A stretch of DNA of 39,943 nucleotides, taken from a virus. Its lineage: Duplodnaviria; Caudoviricetes. Shown here in pieces: positions 17,312 through 26,567 of this stretch. Below the pieces are notes generated by a model. The model was not told the origin of the DNA. It searched no databases and worked only from the letters and a program-made list of their open reading frames with translations. Numbering within the stretch: the stretch's first letter is position 1; each line of letters begins with the position of its first letter. The translations under genes and the position numbers were made by a program. The stretch is from the IMG/VR virus record IMGVR_UViG_3300043431_000166, positions 1-39,943 of that record. One strand, given 5' to 3'.

Positions 17312-17905
17312 TTACAAGTTATGCTGCTTAGCGATACGAGAAACTAGAGAGAAAAACTGGTCGGTTGTCATGTCGTTTTTTGCATAATTACAATATTTAC
17401 AACAACTAACGCAATTATCTGCTTCGTAGTCTCTTTGTGGGTCTACTCGGTCGATTCCATTTAACCGGCTTGTAGGTATTGTGGGTCCGGTCAAATCCGG
17501 GGCCACACCACAATAATAACATGTGCCGGTGAACAGCGAATAGGCTTGTTGTACGGTTAGCGCAAATTTTCGACACTTTGCGCGTCGCTTGCGTTGATAC
17601 AGCCCCATCTTTACCCGCACAGACGCCATGATTGGCGTATATGTAGGCCGGCGCTTGTACCCCCGAAGATTGTGGGGGCGTCTAGCTAAGACGCAACTCT
17701 CACACTCTTTCGTGACTCGACCCAAATGTTTGCGCAGCACGGTACGAAGGTTACCGCACTCACATTGACATTCCCATAGCTTGCCGAGCATTGCGCCCGC
17801 CTGACTATATTTGCTGCCCACGGCTCGAAGCGCCGTTAAGCGCTCGAACTTTTGGCCGGTAATGTCTTCTGTATTGCGGATCTGGCCTTTTCTACCGGAA
17901 CCCAT
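17312..17905 (-). CDS. free-standing HNH-type homing endonuclease
   Basis: DITGQKFERLTAL...WECQCECG N-terminus; CYYCG, GIDRVD and NCVSCCKYCNYAK. Confidence 0.8.
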   Translation of the reverse strand: MGSGRKGQIRNTEDITGQKFERLTALRAVGSKYSQAGAMLGKLWECQCECGNLRTVLRKHLGRVTKECESCVLARRPHNLRGYKRRPTYTPIMASVRVKMGLYQRKRRAKCRKFALTVQQAYSLFTGTCYYCGVAPDLTGPTIPTSRLNGIDRVDPQRDYEADNCVSCCKYCNYAKNDMTTDQFFSLVSRIAKQHNL

Positions 17906-17928
17906 TAGGCACCTCACTTTCTAATTAG

Positions 17929-17957
17929 CTTATCGGTTAGCCATAGAACTAACTTTA
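17929..17957 (-). promoter_or_regulatory. sigma-28-type promoter for the free-standing endonuclease
   Basis: TAAAGTT-N14-CCGATAAG between the capsid stop and the endonuclease SD. Confidence 0.75.
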
Positions 17958-17987
17958 GCGTTTTATTAGTGAGGAGCCGTAAGTACC

Positions 17988-20248
17988 TTAAAGTGTTACC
18001 CTAATGTTGTATCCGGGCGCTCTGCAGCCGATTTGGCCGTAGAAGCCGTACCGAACTTCCACGCCGTCGCTGGAGGCTTGACGGAGCATCTGCAGACCGT
18101 CAGTGTCGATGACTCGGACAGCTTTGCCGAGCGAGTAGAGTTTCCAGGTGTTCAACTGGAGGCCCCACGCCACGTCAGACTGGCAGTTTTGATCTGGGAC
18201 GACGTTGATTGGACCGCGTGGTCCGTTGATCTGGATGCCTCGGAAACCGATCTCTGCAGTGGCTTTCAGGTCCACGTACTGAACCTTAGCGCCCAGAGCC
18301 TTCTGGAGTTCGCTATAAGTGTCGTAGTTGACAAAGTAGTGGTCGATCTTAGCACCTTCGCGGGCTGCTCGAGCGGCACCTTCGATCAGAGCTTCTTCGA
18401 TTGGGAGAGCCGAACCGTCGTAGCGGTTACCGCCCAAACGGACAGTATCAACCGAACGGTCAACGCTGAAGAACGATGTAGCACTAGGAGCCGAAGCAGG
18501 TACCCAAGCGTCCAGACCCTTCAGCTTAGCGCCCCGGTCACCATCAACGAAGATGTAGTCATTCTGAGCGATCGTACCAGACGAGGTGTATGCGTCGTCC
18601 AGAGTGATTATCCCGCCAGAGCGATCAACTGCCGTGATCAGCCATGTGTTGTCCGACCCGTCAGTAGTACGCTGCGATCCGCCAGTCTCTGCCGACCAGA
18701 TAACAACCTGCATACCGACTTCGAAGTTGGTCACATCGTTAGACTCTTTCAGTGTGATGACTGTGGTGGCTGCCTCAGAGGGCTCTGCGTTGACTTGACC
18801 GATTGCGCCCGAACCATTGCGGTACAGGGCGATTGCGAGCGAGCGGGTCAAGCTATTGATCGCGCCGTCACGGCGCTGTTACCCTAAGGGCTTTTTATCC
18901 CCTAGTTCAATAGATCCTAAAATCTTTGCCGCTTTCGTGAGATTGTCTTTCGCCCAAAGAGGTTGCAGGTTTGTGTAATGACACACCCGGCGCAACTGCT
19001 CAGGATCGGACAAATCTACTCTTGACAATGGGTAAATGTGGTCAATGTGCCACTGGCCATAATTATCCCAAGTCATACCCGGCTGAAATAACGACTCGAT
19101 GTAGTCCTGCAAGGTCAAATACGAACACCCGAGTAGCTCTTGTGACCCGGCACTGCTGCGCCCATGTAGTACATGGTTGAGGCGGCGACGAATGTTTAGC
19201 GCTATTCGGTACTGGGGCTTGGACTTGCGCCACTGGGCCTCAATAACGCGACGCTTTTTACGTAAAGCATCACGGTCCCTATACTCCCAGGCGTGTTTTA
19301 ACTCCCGATTACGTTCGGGGTTCGCCTGACGCCAAAGCTCACTTTTTTTATTTATGTGGGCCTTATTATTAGCGTAATAGGTTTTCTTGTATTCAGATTG
19401 GCAGGTTTTACACCGGCTCTGCTTAGAATTAAACTCCACTTTCAGTTTATTCTGGCAGCACGTTATACAGATTTTCATTTCCATTGGTCGGCATACCTTT
19501 TCATCCGGTTAAGGAGCGGGACACTCGTGGTGAGGTTATATTCCATATTCATGGGTTCACTCACTATGCTCTACACTGATCGGCTGTTTTACGAGTCCGA
19601 TTTAGCACGGTATTGACCTGGGAGTAATCCGCAGATTTTTCACCGTTTTTGCCCCGTTTGTGCATCCGCATTACTGCGGAGAGAGACTGACTAGTTAATC
19701 TCTGTAGTGGCAGCTTCCATAAAGGCGTTAGCGTTGCCCTTGGATGCTTCGAGGGTTTCGTTGTCGATTGTAGCAATCGAGTAGTCTTTGACGCGGGTCA
19801 AGACAAAGTCTGTAATAGCCGAGCTAGAACTAGCGCCCACAGATTGAGCGGTGGCAAATGTTGCCGACCGGCCTTGAGGGTTACCGTAGATCAGAGGGAT
19901 CGGGAGGTTCTTACCACCGAACGACTCCATCTTAGACATCAATGCTAACAGGGGGTTATCCTTGAACACCAAGTTCATAACCATGTCGTCTGTGTAGTGT
20001 TGCTTCACATTTTGTTACTCGCTCAAATGAGCGGGGGGTACTGCTTCGAATACCCCTCTCCACCTTCGTATGTTATACGCGGAGTTCAGACTATCGCATC
20101 CCCGTGAGGGGTTCTCTCACTTAGTCGTTCACGGTGCCGAAGCTTCCGCCCTGTTTCCCGCTGCCGGGGGTCCAAGTCAATCAGAGAGAATTTATCCAGC
20201 GCCGATTTACATTAACGCTGCATCGAAAGTCGTCATATCCAAAGCCAT
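17988..20248 (-). CDS. major capsid protein, spliced: join(20248-20215, 20007-19698, 18870-17988), 408 aa
   Basis: Follows portal and scaffold. GGAG SD and MALDMTTFDAA; the joins read AA-L-KQHY and TTE-I-DGAINSLTRSLA; 34+310+883=1227 nt in frame. Confidence 0.88.
18871..19697 (-). mobile_element. group I intron 2 in the capsid gene (827 nt) carrying an HNH ORF
   Basis: Exon ends in U and intron ends in G. IGS GUCAGUCUCU (19691-19682) pairs AGAGAU with a U.G wobble and the 3' exon UGAC (P10). P3 CGGGGCA/UGUCCCG (19656-19650/19523-19517); P7 GCAUA/UAUGC (19569-19565/19495-19491). Confidence 0.9.
18879..19484 (-). CDS. intron-encoded HNH homing endonuclease
   Basis: N-terminal CxxC...CxxC and MTWDNYGQWHIDHIYPL...HYTNLQPLWAKDNLTK; lies 3' of P7 inside intron 2. 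Confidence 0.85.
   Translation of the reverse strand: MEMKICITCCQNKLKVEFNSKQSRCKTCQSEYKKTYYANNKAHINKKSELWRQANPERNRELKHAWEYRDRDALRKKRRVIEAQWRKSKPQYRIALNIRRRLNHVLHGRSSAGSQELLGCSYLTLQDYIESLFQPGMTWDNYGQWHIDHIYPLSRVDLSDPEQLRRVCHYTNLQPLWAKDNLTKAAKILGSIELGDKKPLG
20008..20214 (-). mobile_element. group I intron 1 in the capsid gene (207 nt, no ORF)
   Basis: P1 exon CAGCGU pairs IGS GCGCUG (20202-20197) with U.G at the splice site. P3 UUCUCUC/GAGAGAA (20190-20184/20118-20112); P7 GACUA/UAGUC (20126-20122/20093-20089); P8 CCCC-UCAC-GGGG; terminal G. Confidence 0.9.
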
Positions 20249-20280
20249 AGGAACTCCAAATTAAAGAATGTTGTTGTAAA

Positions 20281-21018
20281 TTAGGTCCACTTGATCAGTT
20301 TGGCCGCTTCTGCAATCGACTCTTCTGGGGTCAATCTGCGTTGCGTGCCGGAAACAGGACTGGAAACCATTGATCCTGTCAAGGTGGGTGCTGGCTCTTT
20401 TCCTTGACTCTGGCTTGGTTGGAATAGGCTACCAATCTTTTTAGTACCAGAAGCACGCTTGACCTGATCTTCAAGGTACTTCTCAACTTGCTGGGCCGCT
20501 ACAGCGTAGTCCAACTCTTCGTTGTGCTCTTTGTAGTGGTCAAGCAGCAAGTCAAAAACCATCTCACTAGCGTCGAATGCGTGAATTAACTCATACGCAT
20601 CTTTGTCTTGGGATATGACGCTGTTAATCTGGCCTTTGACCTCGTTTATTGCTTTCTGCTGGTCCTCAGTCTGGCGCTGACGCTTCATGTCCTCGATCTC
20701 TTGCTTGAGAGACTTGACGGGGTCATCAGCCTCAGGAGCCTTGAGGTCTGGAAGTTCGTCAGGGCTTGCACCCAGGAGTTCCCTCAGCTTGTTGCGGTCT
20801 GTTTTCCACAGGTTGGCCAGCTCGTTCTTAGGAACAAGGTTCTGCTTCTCCTGCTTTAACTGAGCCATTTGCTGTTGGATCTCTCTTTCCCGCTTAGACA
20901 GGTTAGCAAGCCTGGAGTCTAGTCCTGGGTCCGCTTGTGGTGCGGGTGCTGCAGGAGCGGCTGGTGCTTGGGCGGCCTGTGGTGCTGGGGCGGATACGGG
21001 TGCTGATTCTGTGCTCAT
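20281..21018 (-). CDS. capsid scaffolding protein
   Basis: Pro/Ala-rich N-terminus and coiled coil; lies between portal and capsid. Confidence 0.75.
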   Translation of the reverse strand: MSTESAPVSAPAPQAAQAPAAPAAPAPQADPGLDSRLANLSKREREIQQQMAQLKQEKQNLVPKNELANLWKTDRNKLRELLGASPDELPDLKAPEADDPVKSLKQEIEDMKRQRQTEDQQKAINEVKGQINSVISQDKDAYELIHAFDASEMVFDLLLDHYKEHNEELDYAVAAQQVEKYLEDQVKRASGTKKIGSLFQPSQSQGKEPAPTLTGSMVSSPVSGTQRRLTPEESIAEAAKLIKWT

Positions 21019-21030
21019 TAGTTTCTCCTA

Positions 21031-22881
21031 TTATTGAGGCACAACATTCGGTATGAGGTCTGATGTAGGTAGCCCTTCAGGGTTAGCCATTGGGCCTACC
21101 ATCATCTCTTCAGGTTCGGGGGCGGGCAGCATGGCCTTGACAGCCTCGGCCCATCGTGTCAACATGTCGATGCGGTCCTCGTCTACGTTGTGTAGCTTGG
21201 CCTCTATGATTCGTTTCTGGGCAGTGACTCGTGCCTCTTCCAGATTCATCTCGGGCTCAGGACTCATCCAGACACCTTTATCAAGGATGCTGTCGATCAT
21301 CTTCATTGTGAGATCTGTACTGGACAGCTCTTTATTCATCACAGAATCGATGTCTGGGAAGTCAACCAACTTGCGACCCTCTTCCATCGTGATCCAGCTG
21401 GCCTGTACAAGCTCCTGAACCTTCTGCAGACGACCTGCGGGCTGGGTGGGCAGGATGTTAGCCGCGAAGCAGCGAAGGATATACTGGTCCTCGTTCATAT
21501 TGACCTCAGACCACTTGACCGACGACATGAAGCCCTTGCCCGCGACTTTCATCTTGGGGTTGACTTTGTTGTCTGTGTACATGTCCTTGGTCATATCAAC
21601 GATGATCTTGGCCGCATTTAGGAAGAACTCTTCCCATCTTTGTCCAACAACTTGAAATCGCTCTGACTCGATGTCTTGGTACTCTCTAAGTGCGACAGCA
21701 GATTCAAGCCCGGCTGGTTTTTGAGATGTTGCAGATAGTTGGCTAATTCCTGTCTGTTCATAAGCTGAACTAATGAGCCACCTAAGATGCTCGTAGATTT
21801 CAGCTGACATAGCGGCTGGTGTAAAAAACTTGGGCTCGACACCAGTATACTTGACCACTGACCCGATTTCGTTGTTGATATGGGACGTAGAGACAACCGA
21901 ACCGTTTGCGATCCACACCCTGGGCACTGCCACGAGGTGCATTGCAAGCTGTATGTTTCGAAGGAGCTTACTGATTTCGAGTTGAGTACCAAACAGTTCT
22001 TCGGCGAGTCCCATACCCCAAAATCCAGCGACACGGGGAGTCCAGTGCCAGAAGACGAACGGGAAATAGAGCTTAGTATACTTTTCACTAAAGAGCGTAC
22101 ATGTCTCAATACTGATCGCATGAAGTCCATCGTCAGCGTCCTTGGCTGAAGGTAAGTGCCAGCTCTCAACAATCTTGACTAGATCGGGGGTGGTGGTCTG
22201 TCCTGGGAGCGTCGTAAACGCCAGCGGGGCCGCTCTGATCGCTCCCTCGTATTTGGGGAACATCTCAATCAAAACATCGCGGTTGACGTACTTACATTGG
22301 TGAATTTGCTGGGGCTTTCCGTAGATCGCCTCGCCGTCGTCCACCTTGATTTCGTCTACCAAGACCTTCTCACAGTTGACCATGCCGCGATCCTTGTCCA
22401 CGTAGAACTTAAGGATACCGGTGCCGAAGATACCGCCATCCCGGAATGCCGAGGCGGCCTTAGAGTAGAGTTCCATCGCGTCAAACTGCCCATCCATGAA
22501 TTGGGTCAGCTTCTTGGCGCGTTGTTGTTGCGAGTACGTGCCGTCGTCTGTCAGGAACAAGGGACGCGGTCTAGACTTGCCGATCTTGCTTGTGGCGGTG
22601 TCGATGCACGACTTGACCACGTTGACTGCCGGTACGTCTTTGAGGCCCATGGACCCGATGCCGCTAGCACCAACGTTGTTGAAAAACCCTGTGGGGTTCT
22701 GGTTCTGGTACAACCGGGCAAACTGTAGCCACTGGAGTCTTCGAGCGGCTTGGTTCTGATCGAGATTTCTCAGGTAGCCGAATATATGCTTGTAAATCTC
22801 CTGGGACTTCTCTTTCCACCAGCGCGGGTTGCAGGTCGATTCAGCGGCCTGCCCGTAATTTATGACTGGGATATCTGCCAT
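21031..22881 (-). CDS. portal protein
   Basis: 616 aa after the large terminase; NVVKSCIDT...RPRPLFLT, FWGMGLAEEL and TGISQLSA..KP.GL.S.VALRE. Confidence 0.8.
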   Translation of the reverse strand: MADIPVINYGQAAESTCNPRWWKEKSQEIYKHIFGYLRNLDQNQAARRLQWLQFARLYQNQNPTGFFNNVGASGIGSMGLKDVPAVNVVKSCIDTATSKIGKSRPRPLFLTDDGTYSQQQRAKKLTQFMDGQFDAMELYSKAASAFRDGGIFGTGILKFYVDKDRGMVNCEKVLVDEIKVDDGEAIYGKPQQIHQCKYVNRDVLIEMFPKYEGAIRAAPLAFTTLPGQTTTPDLVKIVESWHLPSAKDADDGLHAISIETCTLFSEKYTKLYFPFVFWHWTPRVAGFWGMGLAEELFGTQLEISKLLRNIQLAMHLVAVPRVWIANGSVVSTSHINNEIGSVVKYTGVEPKFFTPAAMSAEIYEHLRWLISSAYEQTGISQLSATSQKPAGLESAVALREYQDIESERFQVVGQRWEEFFLNAAKIIVDMTKDMYTDNKVNPKMKVAGKGFMSSVKWSEVNMNEDQYILRCFAANILPTQPAGRLQKVQELVQASWITMEEGRKLVDFPDIDSVMNKELSSTDLTMKMIDSILDKGVWMSPEPEMNLEEARVTAQKRIIEAKLHNVDEDRIDMLTRWAEAVKAMLPAPEPEEMMVGPMANPEGLPTSDLIPNVVPQ

Positions 22882-22889
22882 TTAGACCC

Positions 22890-23090
22890 TCACATTTTGG
22901 TAGTTTCGGCATACAAGAGCCTTTCAAGCTCAGCTGCACTCATGGGCGGGCTTTGTATCACCGCCTCAGGCTCCTCAACAACGATCGGGGCTGCCGGGGG
23001 GGCGGCAAACTCGACAGATACTTCGGGAGTAGATATCTTAATGGCCCCGCGTTCCCGCAGAGCGTCGATAAGTTTCAGAAGTTCAACCAT
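22890..23090 (-). CDS. hypothetical protein
   Basis: AGGAG SD; lies between terminase and portal. Confidence 0.6.
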   Translation of the reverse strand: MVELLKLIDALRERGAIKISTPEVSVEFAAPPAAPIVVEEPEAVIQSPPMSAAELERLLYAETTKM

Positions 23091-24478
23091 CCGTCATCTC
23101 CTGTCTTTTGTGTTTCTATCTCTTGTCCTTCCGCTTCCCACCAGTCGTCCAGCTTTTGTTCTTCTGTCCGTATGACGGGCTTCGGTTGGGATACGTAATT
23201 GTAGCACCAGCGCCACATGTACAATGCAGCATCCGCTGCGTGGTTTTCGCATGTCGCGCTTTCTATCCAGTTGCCTGCCTTGCGTTGTTTCTCGTCCCAT
23301 ATCAGGTATTGCCACTCCTCGATCAAATCCTCACATCCGGGCAGGATCTGTATCTTGCCGGTCTGCAGGTCAGTGTTCATGATCTCGATGAAGTCCCGCT
23401 TGTGCTGCTTCTCAGTGGCCTGTATGGGTAGTGCGTACCGCTGTTTGATCTCCTCAACCGCCTGCTTAGACGCGCCGTCGATCACAATGTTGGCTATCGC
23501 GTAACGCTCTTGCAGCGATTTGATCTTCTCGGCCACGTCGGTCAAGAGCATCTTGGATTCTTTTTGTGCGTACACGATGTAGAGCTTGGGGTCGTGGTAA
23601 CTGTATGCGCCAACAACAAACGATGTGGCGTCTTCATATCCTAAGTCTACGCCAAGAACATAGTGGTATATGTTATCATGAGGCAAAGACTTTCCATTGT
23701 TGAGTAGGGGATCGTACTTGTAAACCAAAGCAGAGAGGTCAACATACCATTCTCCAAGCCAGTGCTGCCTGAACCGTGGGGTCAGTTCAACACCGGGCTG
23801 ATTCGTTTTAAGGAACTCAATATCTTCTTGTACGTTGTCTCTGACGTGTGGGTTGTCCAACGCCGACCATGTGTGAACAGCCCAACCCCCCTCGGTCCCC
23901 GTCGTGATGTCGTAGAACAGGGAGTTTGTGTAGTTGGACGGCGTACCTATCATTGCGATTGTGCCGCGATAGTCAGCCACGGCGGGCTTGAGGATCGCAT
24001 ACACCAGTTCGCGCTGATCGATGTTTGTATACATGGATGACTCGTCGATAATCACAAGTCGAAACTTTTGACCAAGAAGCTTAAGCATTTCTGATTCATC
24101 GGAGTCCGCACCCACCATGTACAAGACCGACCCGTTGGGGAAGTTCATACTAAGCTCAGTGCGGTTGAATGTTGCGCCCAGTCTGTAGCGCTGGTTGATC
24201 ACCATCAGAACATCCTTGATGTAAATCCGCTTGATGGATTCACGGGTCAAGCCGATGATGATGACTGAGCTATTGGGGTACTGCACACAGGTCTGACAAG
24301 CGTACTCACCCATTCCAAAAGACTTACCTGCGCGGCGGGTGCAGAGGGCTGCCTTGAGCCGCGAGGGGTCTTGTATAAATTTAGTCTGCTGAGGGAAGCT
24401 TGACTGGAGCCACGGTATTACGTTTGACTCGCGCTTTCGCTTCTCCTGCAGGATTAGCTTTGCTTGCGCTGGGTGCAT
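23075..24478 (-). CDS. terL: terminase large subunit
   Basis: Walker A-like CTRRAGKS, Walker B VIIDE, IGTP, nuclease GVDLG and NHAADA. Confidence 0.92.
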   Translation of the reverse strand: MHPAQAKLILQEKRKRESNVIPWLQSSFPQQTKFIQDPSRLKAALCTRRAGKSFGMGEYACQTCVQYPNSSVIIIGLTRESIKRIYIKDVLMVINQRYRLGATFNRTELSMNFPNGSVLYMVGADSDESEMLKLLGQKFRLVIIDESSMYTNIDQRELVYAILKPAVADYRGTIAMIGTPSNYTNSLFYDITTGTEGGWAVHTWSALDNPHVRDNVQEDIEFLKTNQPGVELTPRFRQHWLGEWYVDLSALVYKYDPLLNNGKSLPHDNIYHYVLGVDLGYEDATSFVVGAYSYHDPKLYIVYAQKESKMLLTDVAEKIKSLQERYAIANIVIDGASKQAVEEIKQRYALPIQATEKQHKRDFIEIMNTDLQTGKIQILPGCEDLIEEWQYLIWDEKQRKAGNWIESATCENHAADAALYMWRWCYNYVSQPKPVIRTEEQKLDDWWEAEGQEIETQKTGDDGWLNF

Positions 24479-24683
24479 CGGATACCTCCACGGGGATAAA
24501 CCAGCAAGTGTTCATCAGGGTCACATGAGTGTAATGCTCGAACCCCTTTTGGCGAATTTTAATCACAAGATCGTCGCGTTCAATGTCGTGAGTCTTGTTC
24601 GTGGCGGAGGTTATCAGGGGTGACCGTCTTCCGTCTGTCTTAATAGAAACAGGCTGAAAAAACATCACTGATTCTATTAGCAT
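24381..24683 (-). CDS. hypothetical protein
   Basis: GGAGG SD and start overlapping the upstream gene; the 3' end overlaps terL. Confidence 0.55.
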   Translation of the reverse strand: MLIESVMFFQPVSIKTDGRRSPLITSATNKTHDIERDDLVIKIRQKGFEHYTHVTLMNTCWFIPVEVSDAPSASKANPAGEAKARVKRNTVAPVKLPSAD

Positions 24684-25093
24684 ACAGCAGCCTCCACGAA
24701 GGGGTTATGGATGTGTCTGAACTTGGCTGACACCTCTTCCCAGTTCCGGCAGGTGTGGGTGGCCACCAGGGTCTTGTTGTATAGCTGGGGGTGCAGGGCC
24801 TCCATCAGCTTGCGGGCCAGCCCGAACTTGCGGTATGTGAACTTGACGTATACAAAGTGCGTCTCCTTGTTTGGTACCCCGATCACGTACCCGTAAATCT
24901 GGTCAGGTATCTCGGGATTGCAGGAGACTAGCACCTTGGAGGCCCGAATCAGGCCGTCAAGTTTTTTAGTTTGTTCGTAGTAGTACAGTTCGTTTGGCAT
25001 GCTCTTGAGCCCAGGGTAGCCCCTTAGCGAGCGCAGGAACGAGTTGATGATGAAGTTCAAGTCTGTTGGTTCAGCGGGTCTTACGAATGTCAT
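24677..25093 (-). CDS. GNAT-fold acetyltransferase-like protein
   Basis: VRPAEPTDLNFI N-terminus and HFVYVKFTYRKFGLARKL (acetyl-CoA motif A). Confidence 0.7.
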   Translation of the reverse strand: MTFVRPAEPTDLNFIINSFLRSLRGYPGLKSMPNELYYYEQTKKLDGLIRASKVLVSCNPEIPDQIYGYVIGVPNKETHFVYVKFTYRKFGLARKLMEALHPQLYNKTLVATHTCRNWEEVSAKFRHIHNPFVEAAVC

Positions 25094-25105
25094 AAGTCTC
25101 TCTTC

Positions 25106-25522
25106 TTATTTGATTTTTTTACGCCAGCAAAGCCAGTCTCTATGATCGCCCTCGTCGTAGACTTCAGGCATATACAGTTTGTAACCGGATGATATCAGCG
25201 AGTTAGCGGACGCCATGTTGTCCGTACTGCAGTAGGACTGCATCAAGGTGGCCCCTTGTTTGACCGCGTGTCGCTCCATGGCTTTGACAAGTTTCTTCTT
25301 GACACCCATGTTGCGGAAGTCGTATAGTACCCCAGTGCGGTAGATCTCAGCCACCCCATAGGGTAGGAGGGTATACCCGCACCAACCAATAACCTCGGAA
25401 CCAGACTTTGCCAAAAAGAAAGTCTTTCTGTCCGAGAACTTGATAGGATTACCTGGAAAATGCTTTTCGTTCAATTCATCAATCAGAATCAATCGCTTAG
25501 TCGGTTTGACTGTCACCTTCAT
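25106..25522 (-). CDS. GNAT acetyltransferase
   Basis: GVLYDFRNMGVKKKL (motif A) and NMASANSLISSGY (motif B). Confidence 0.8.
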   Translation of the reverse strand: MKVTVKPTKRLILIDELNEKHFPGNPIKFSDRKTFFLAKSGSEVIGWCGYTLLPYGVAEIYRTGVLYDFRNMGVKKKLVKAMERHAVKQGATLMQSYCSTDNMASANSLISSGYKLYMPEVYDEGDHRDWLCWRKKIK

Positions 25523-26036
25523 TTTTTATCTCTTCGACGGGGTTTTGATATGCGAAGTCACCAAAATATTTACGGGCTGCGGCATTATACGCTTGGGCCG
25601 CCTCTTGTTTTGTGGTATATGTCCCCAGATATATGCTTTTGCCGGCCACCTTGATCAAGGCCATCCACCGCTTAAGGGATCGTGTGACGCCCTTGTACCC
25701 GGAAGTATTTTTTCGGCTTACTCCGCGATTGTAAATGTTTTCTGCCGGAGTAGACTCTCTTAGATTCTCGATCTTGTTGTCTGCCCGGAATCGGTTTATG
25801 TGATCGATTTCTTGTTTCGGCAGGGAGCCATGAACATACAGCCACGCCAAACGATGGGCCCCGTAGCGCTCCCCATCTATACCGATAGATAAGTAGCCGT
25901 TAGGCTCAATGTGTCCCGCCGGACATCCTGCCTTGCCGCGCTTTCGGTTGACTAGCCAAGTAAACACGCCGGTTTCTGGGCTGTAGTGCAGTAATTCTTT
26001 AAGTCTCGTCTGTGTCATCATCTGATTTCTCTTCAC
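25497..26036 (-). CDS. HNH homing endonuclease with AP2-like domain
   Basis: AHRLAW, IDHINRFRADNKIENLR and NTSGYKGV...YLG....EAA.AY..AA...FGDFA. Confidence 0.9.
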   Translation of the reverse strand: MKRNQMMTQTRLKELLHYSPETGVFTWLVNRKRGKAGCPAGHIEPNGYLSIGIDGERYGAHRLAWLYVHGSLPKQEIDHINRFRADNKIENLRESTPAENIYNRGVSRKNTSGYKGVTRSLKRWMALIKVAGKSIYLGTYTTKQEAAQAYNAAARKYFGDFAYQNPVEEIKNEGDSQTD

Positions 26037-26277
26037 TTAAGGATTTCTCTGCTGCGGAGGCTAACCGGTCCAATTCCTCGTCAGTATATGCGGATGGGTT
26101 AAATCCGCGTAACTGATCTCGCTGGTCCTTAGCCGCCATTATAAGAACTTTCGTATAGTTTTGAATCACTATCGCCATGCTGTTCGCCACGTCACCTTGT
26201 GCAAGCAGTTGGTCCAGGTGGCGCTCAATCAGTTCAAGGGCCTTATGTTGGAGCAAGTTAGGATCTTTGTATATCAT
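25999..26277 (-). CDS. putative terminase small subunit
   Basis: First gene of the morphogenesis block; helical with C-terminal TDEEL; assignment is positional. Confidence 0.45.
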   Translation of the reverse strand: MIYKDPNLLQHKALELIERHLDQLLAQGDVANSMAIVIQNYTKVLIMAAKDQRDQLRGFNPSAYTDEELDRLASAAEKSLSEEKSDDDTDET

Positions 26278-26358
26278 TGGTACCTACTATATACTTATAT
26301 ATTATATATACTTACAACAAGTCACTACAAGATGGACTAACTATCTTCACCATTCGAC

Positions 26359-26386
26359 TCAAGTTCTACAACCAGCAACCGATAAG
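26359..26386 (+). promoter_or_regulatory. sigma-28-type promoter heading the replication block
   Basis: TCAAGTT-N13-CCGATAAG followed by GTATTTGTAG. Confidence 0.85.
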
Positions 26387-26567
26387 GTATTTGTAGGTGG
26401 CCCTGCTGGGCCGAAGACTCTACCCCCCCAACCCCCCCTGCTAGGTGGGGCTGTGTTTATACAGTATAGATCCCTGGCGATTGAGAAAGATTATGCATTA
26501 TTTGTTTTTATGTATATCAGTAGTTATGCTAATGAGTTAACTAACTAGAATGTAAGGAACACGACAA

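Noticed and set aside
18033-18887. 284-aa plus-strand ORF and the many other antisense ORFs in the track
   Set aside because: Shadow frames opposite well-supported genes, with no recognisable motifs.
19691-20008. 105-aa ORF (and the 287-aa ORF at 17988-18851) as independent genes
   Set aside because: Better explained as capsid exons 2 and 3; their ends coincide with intron boundaries.
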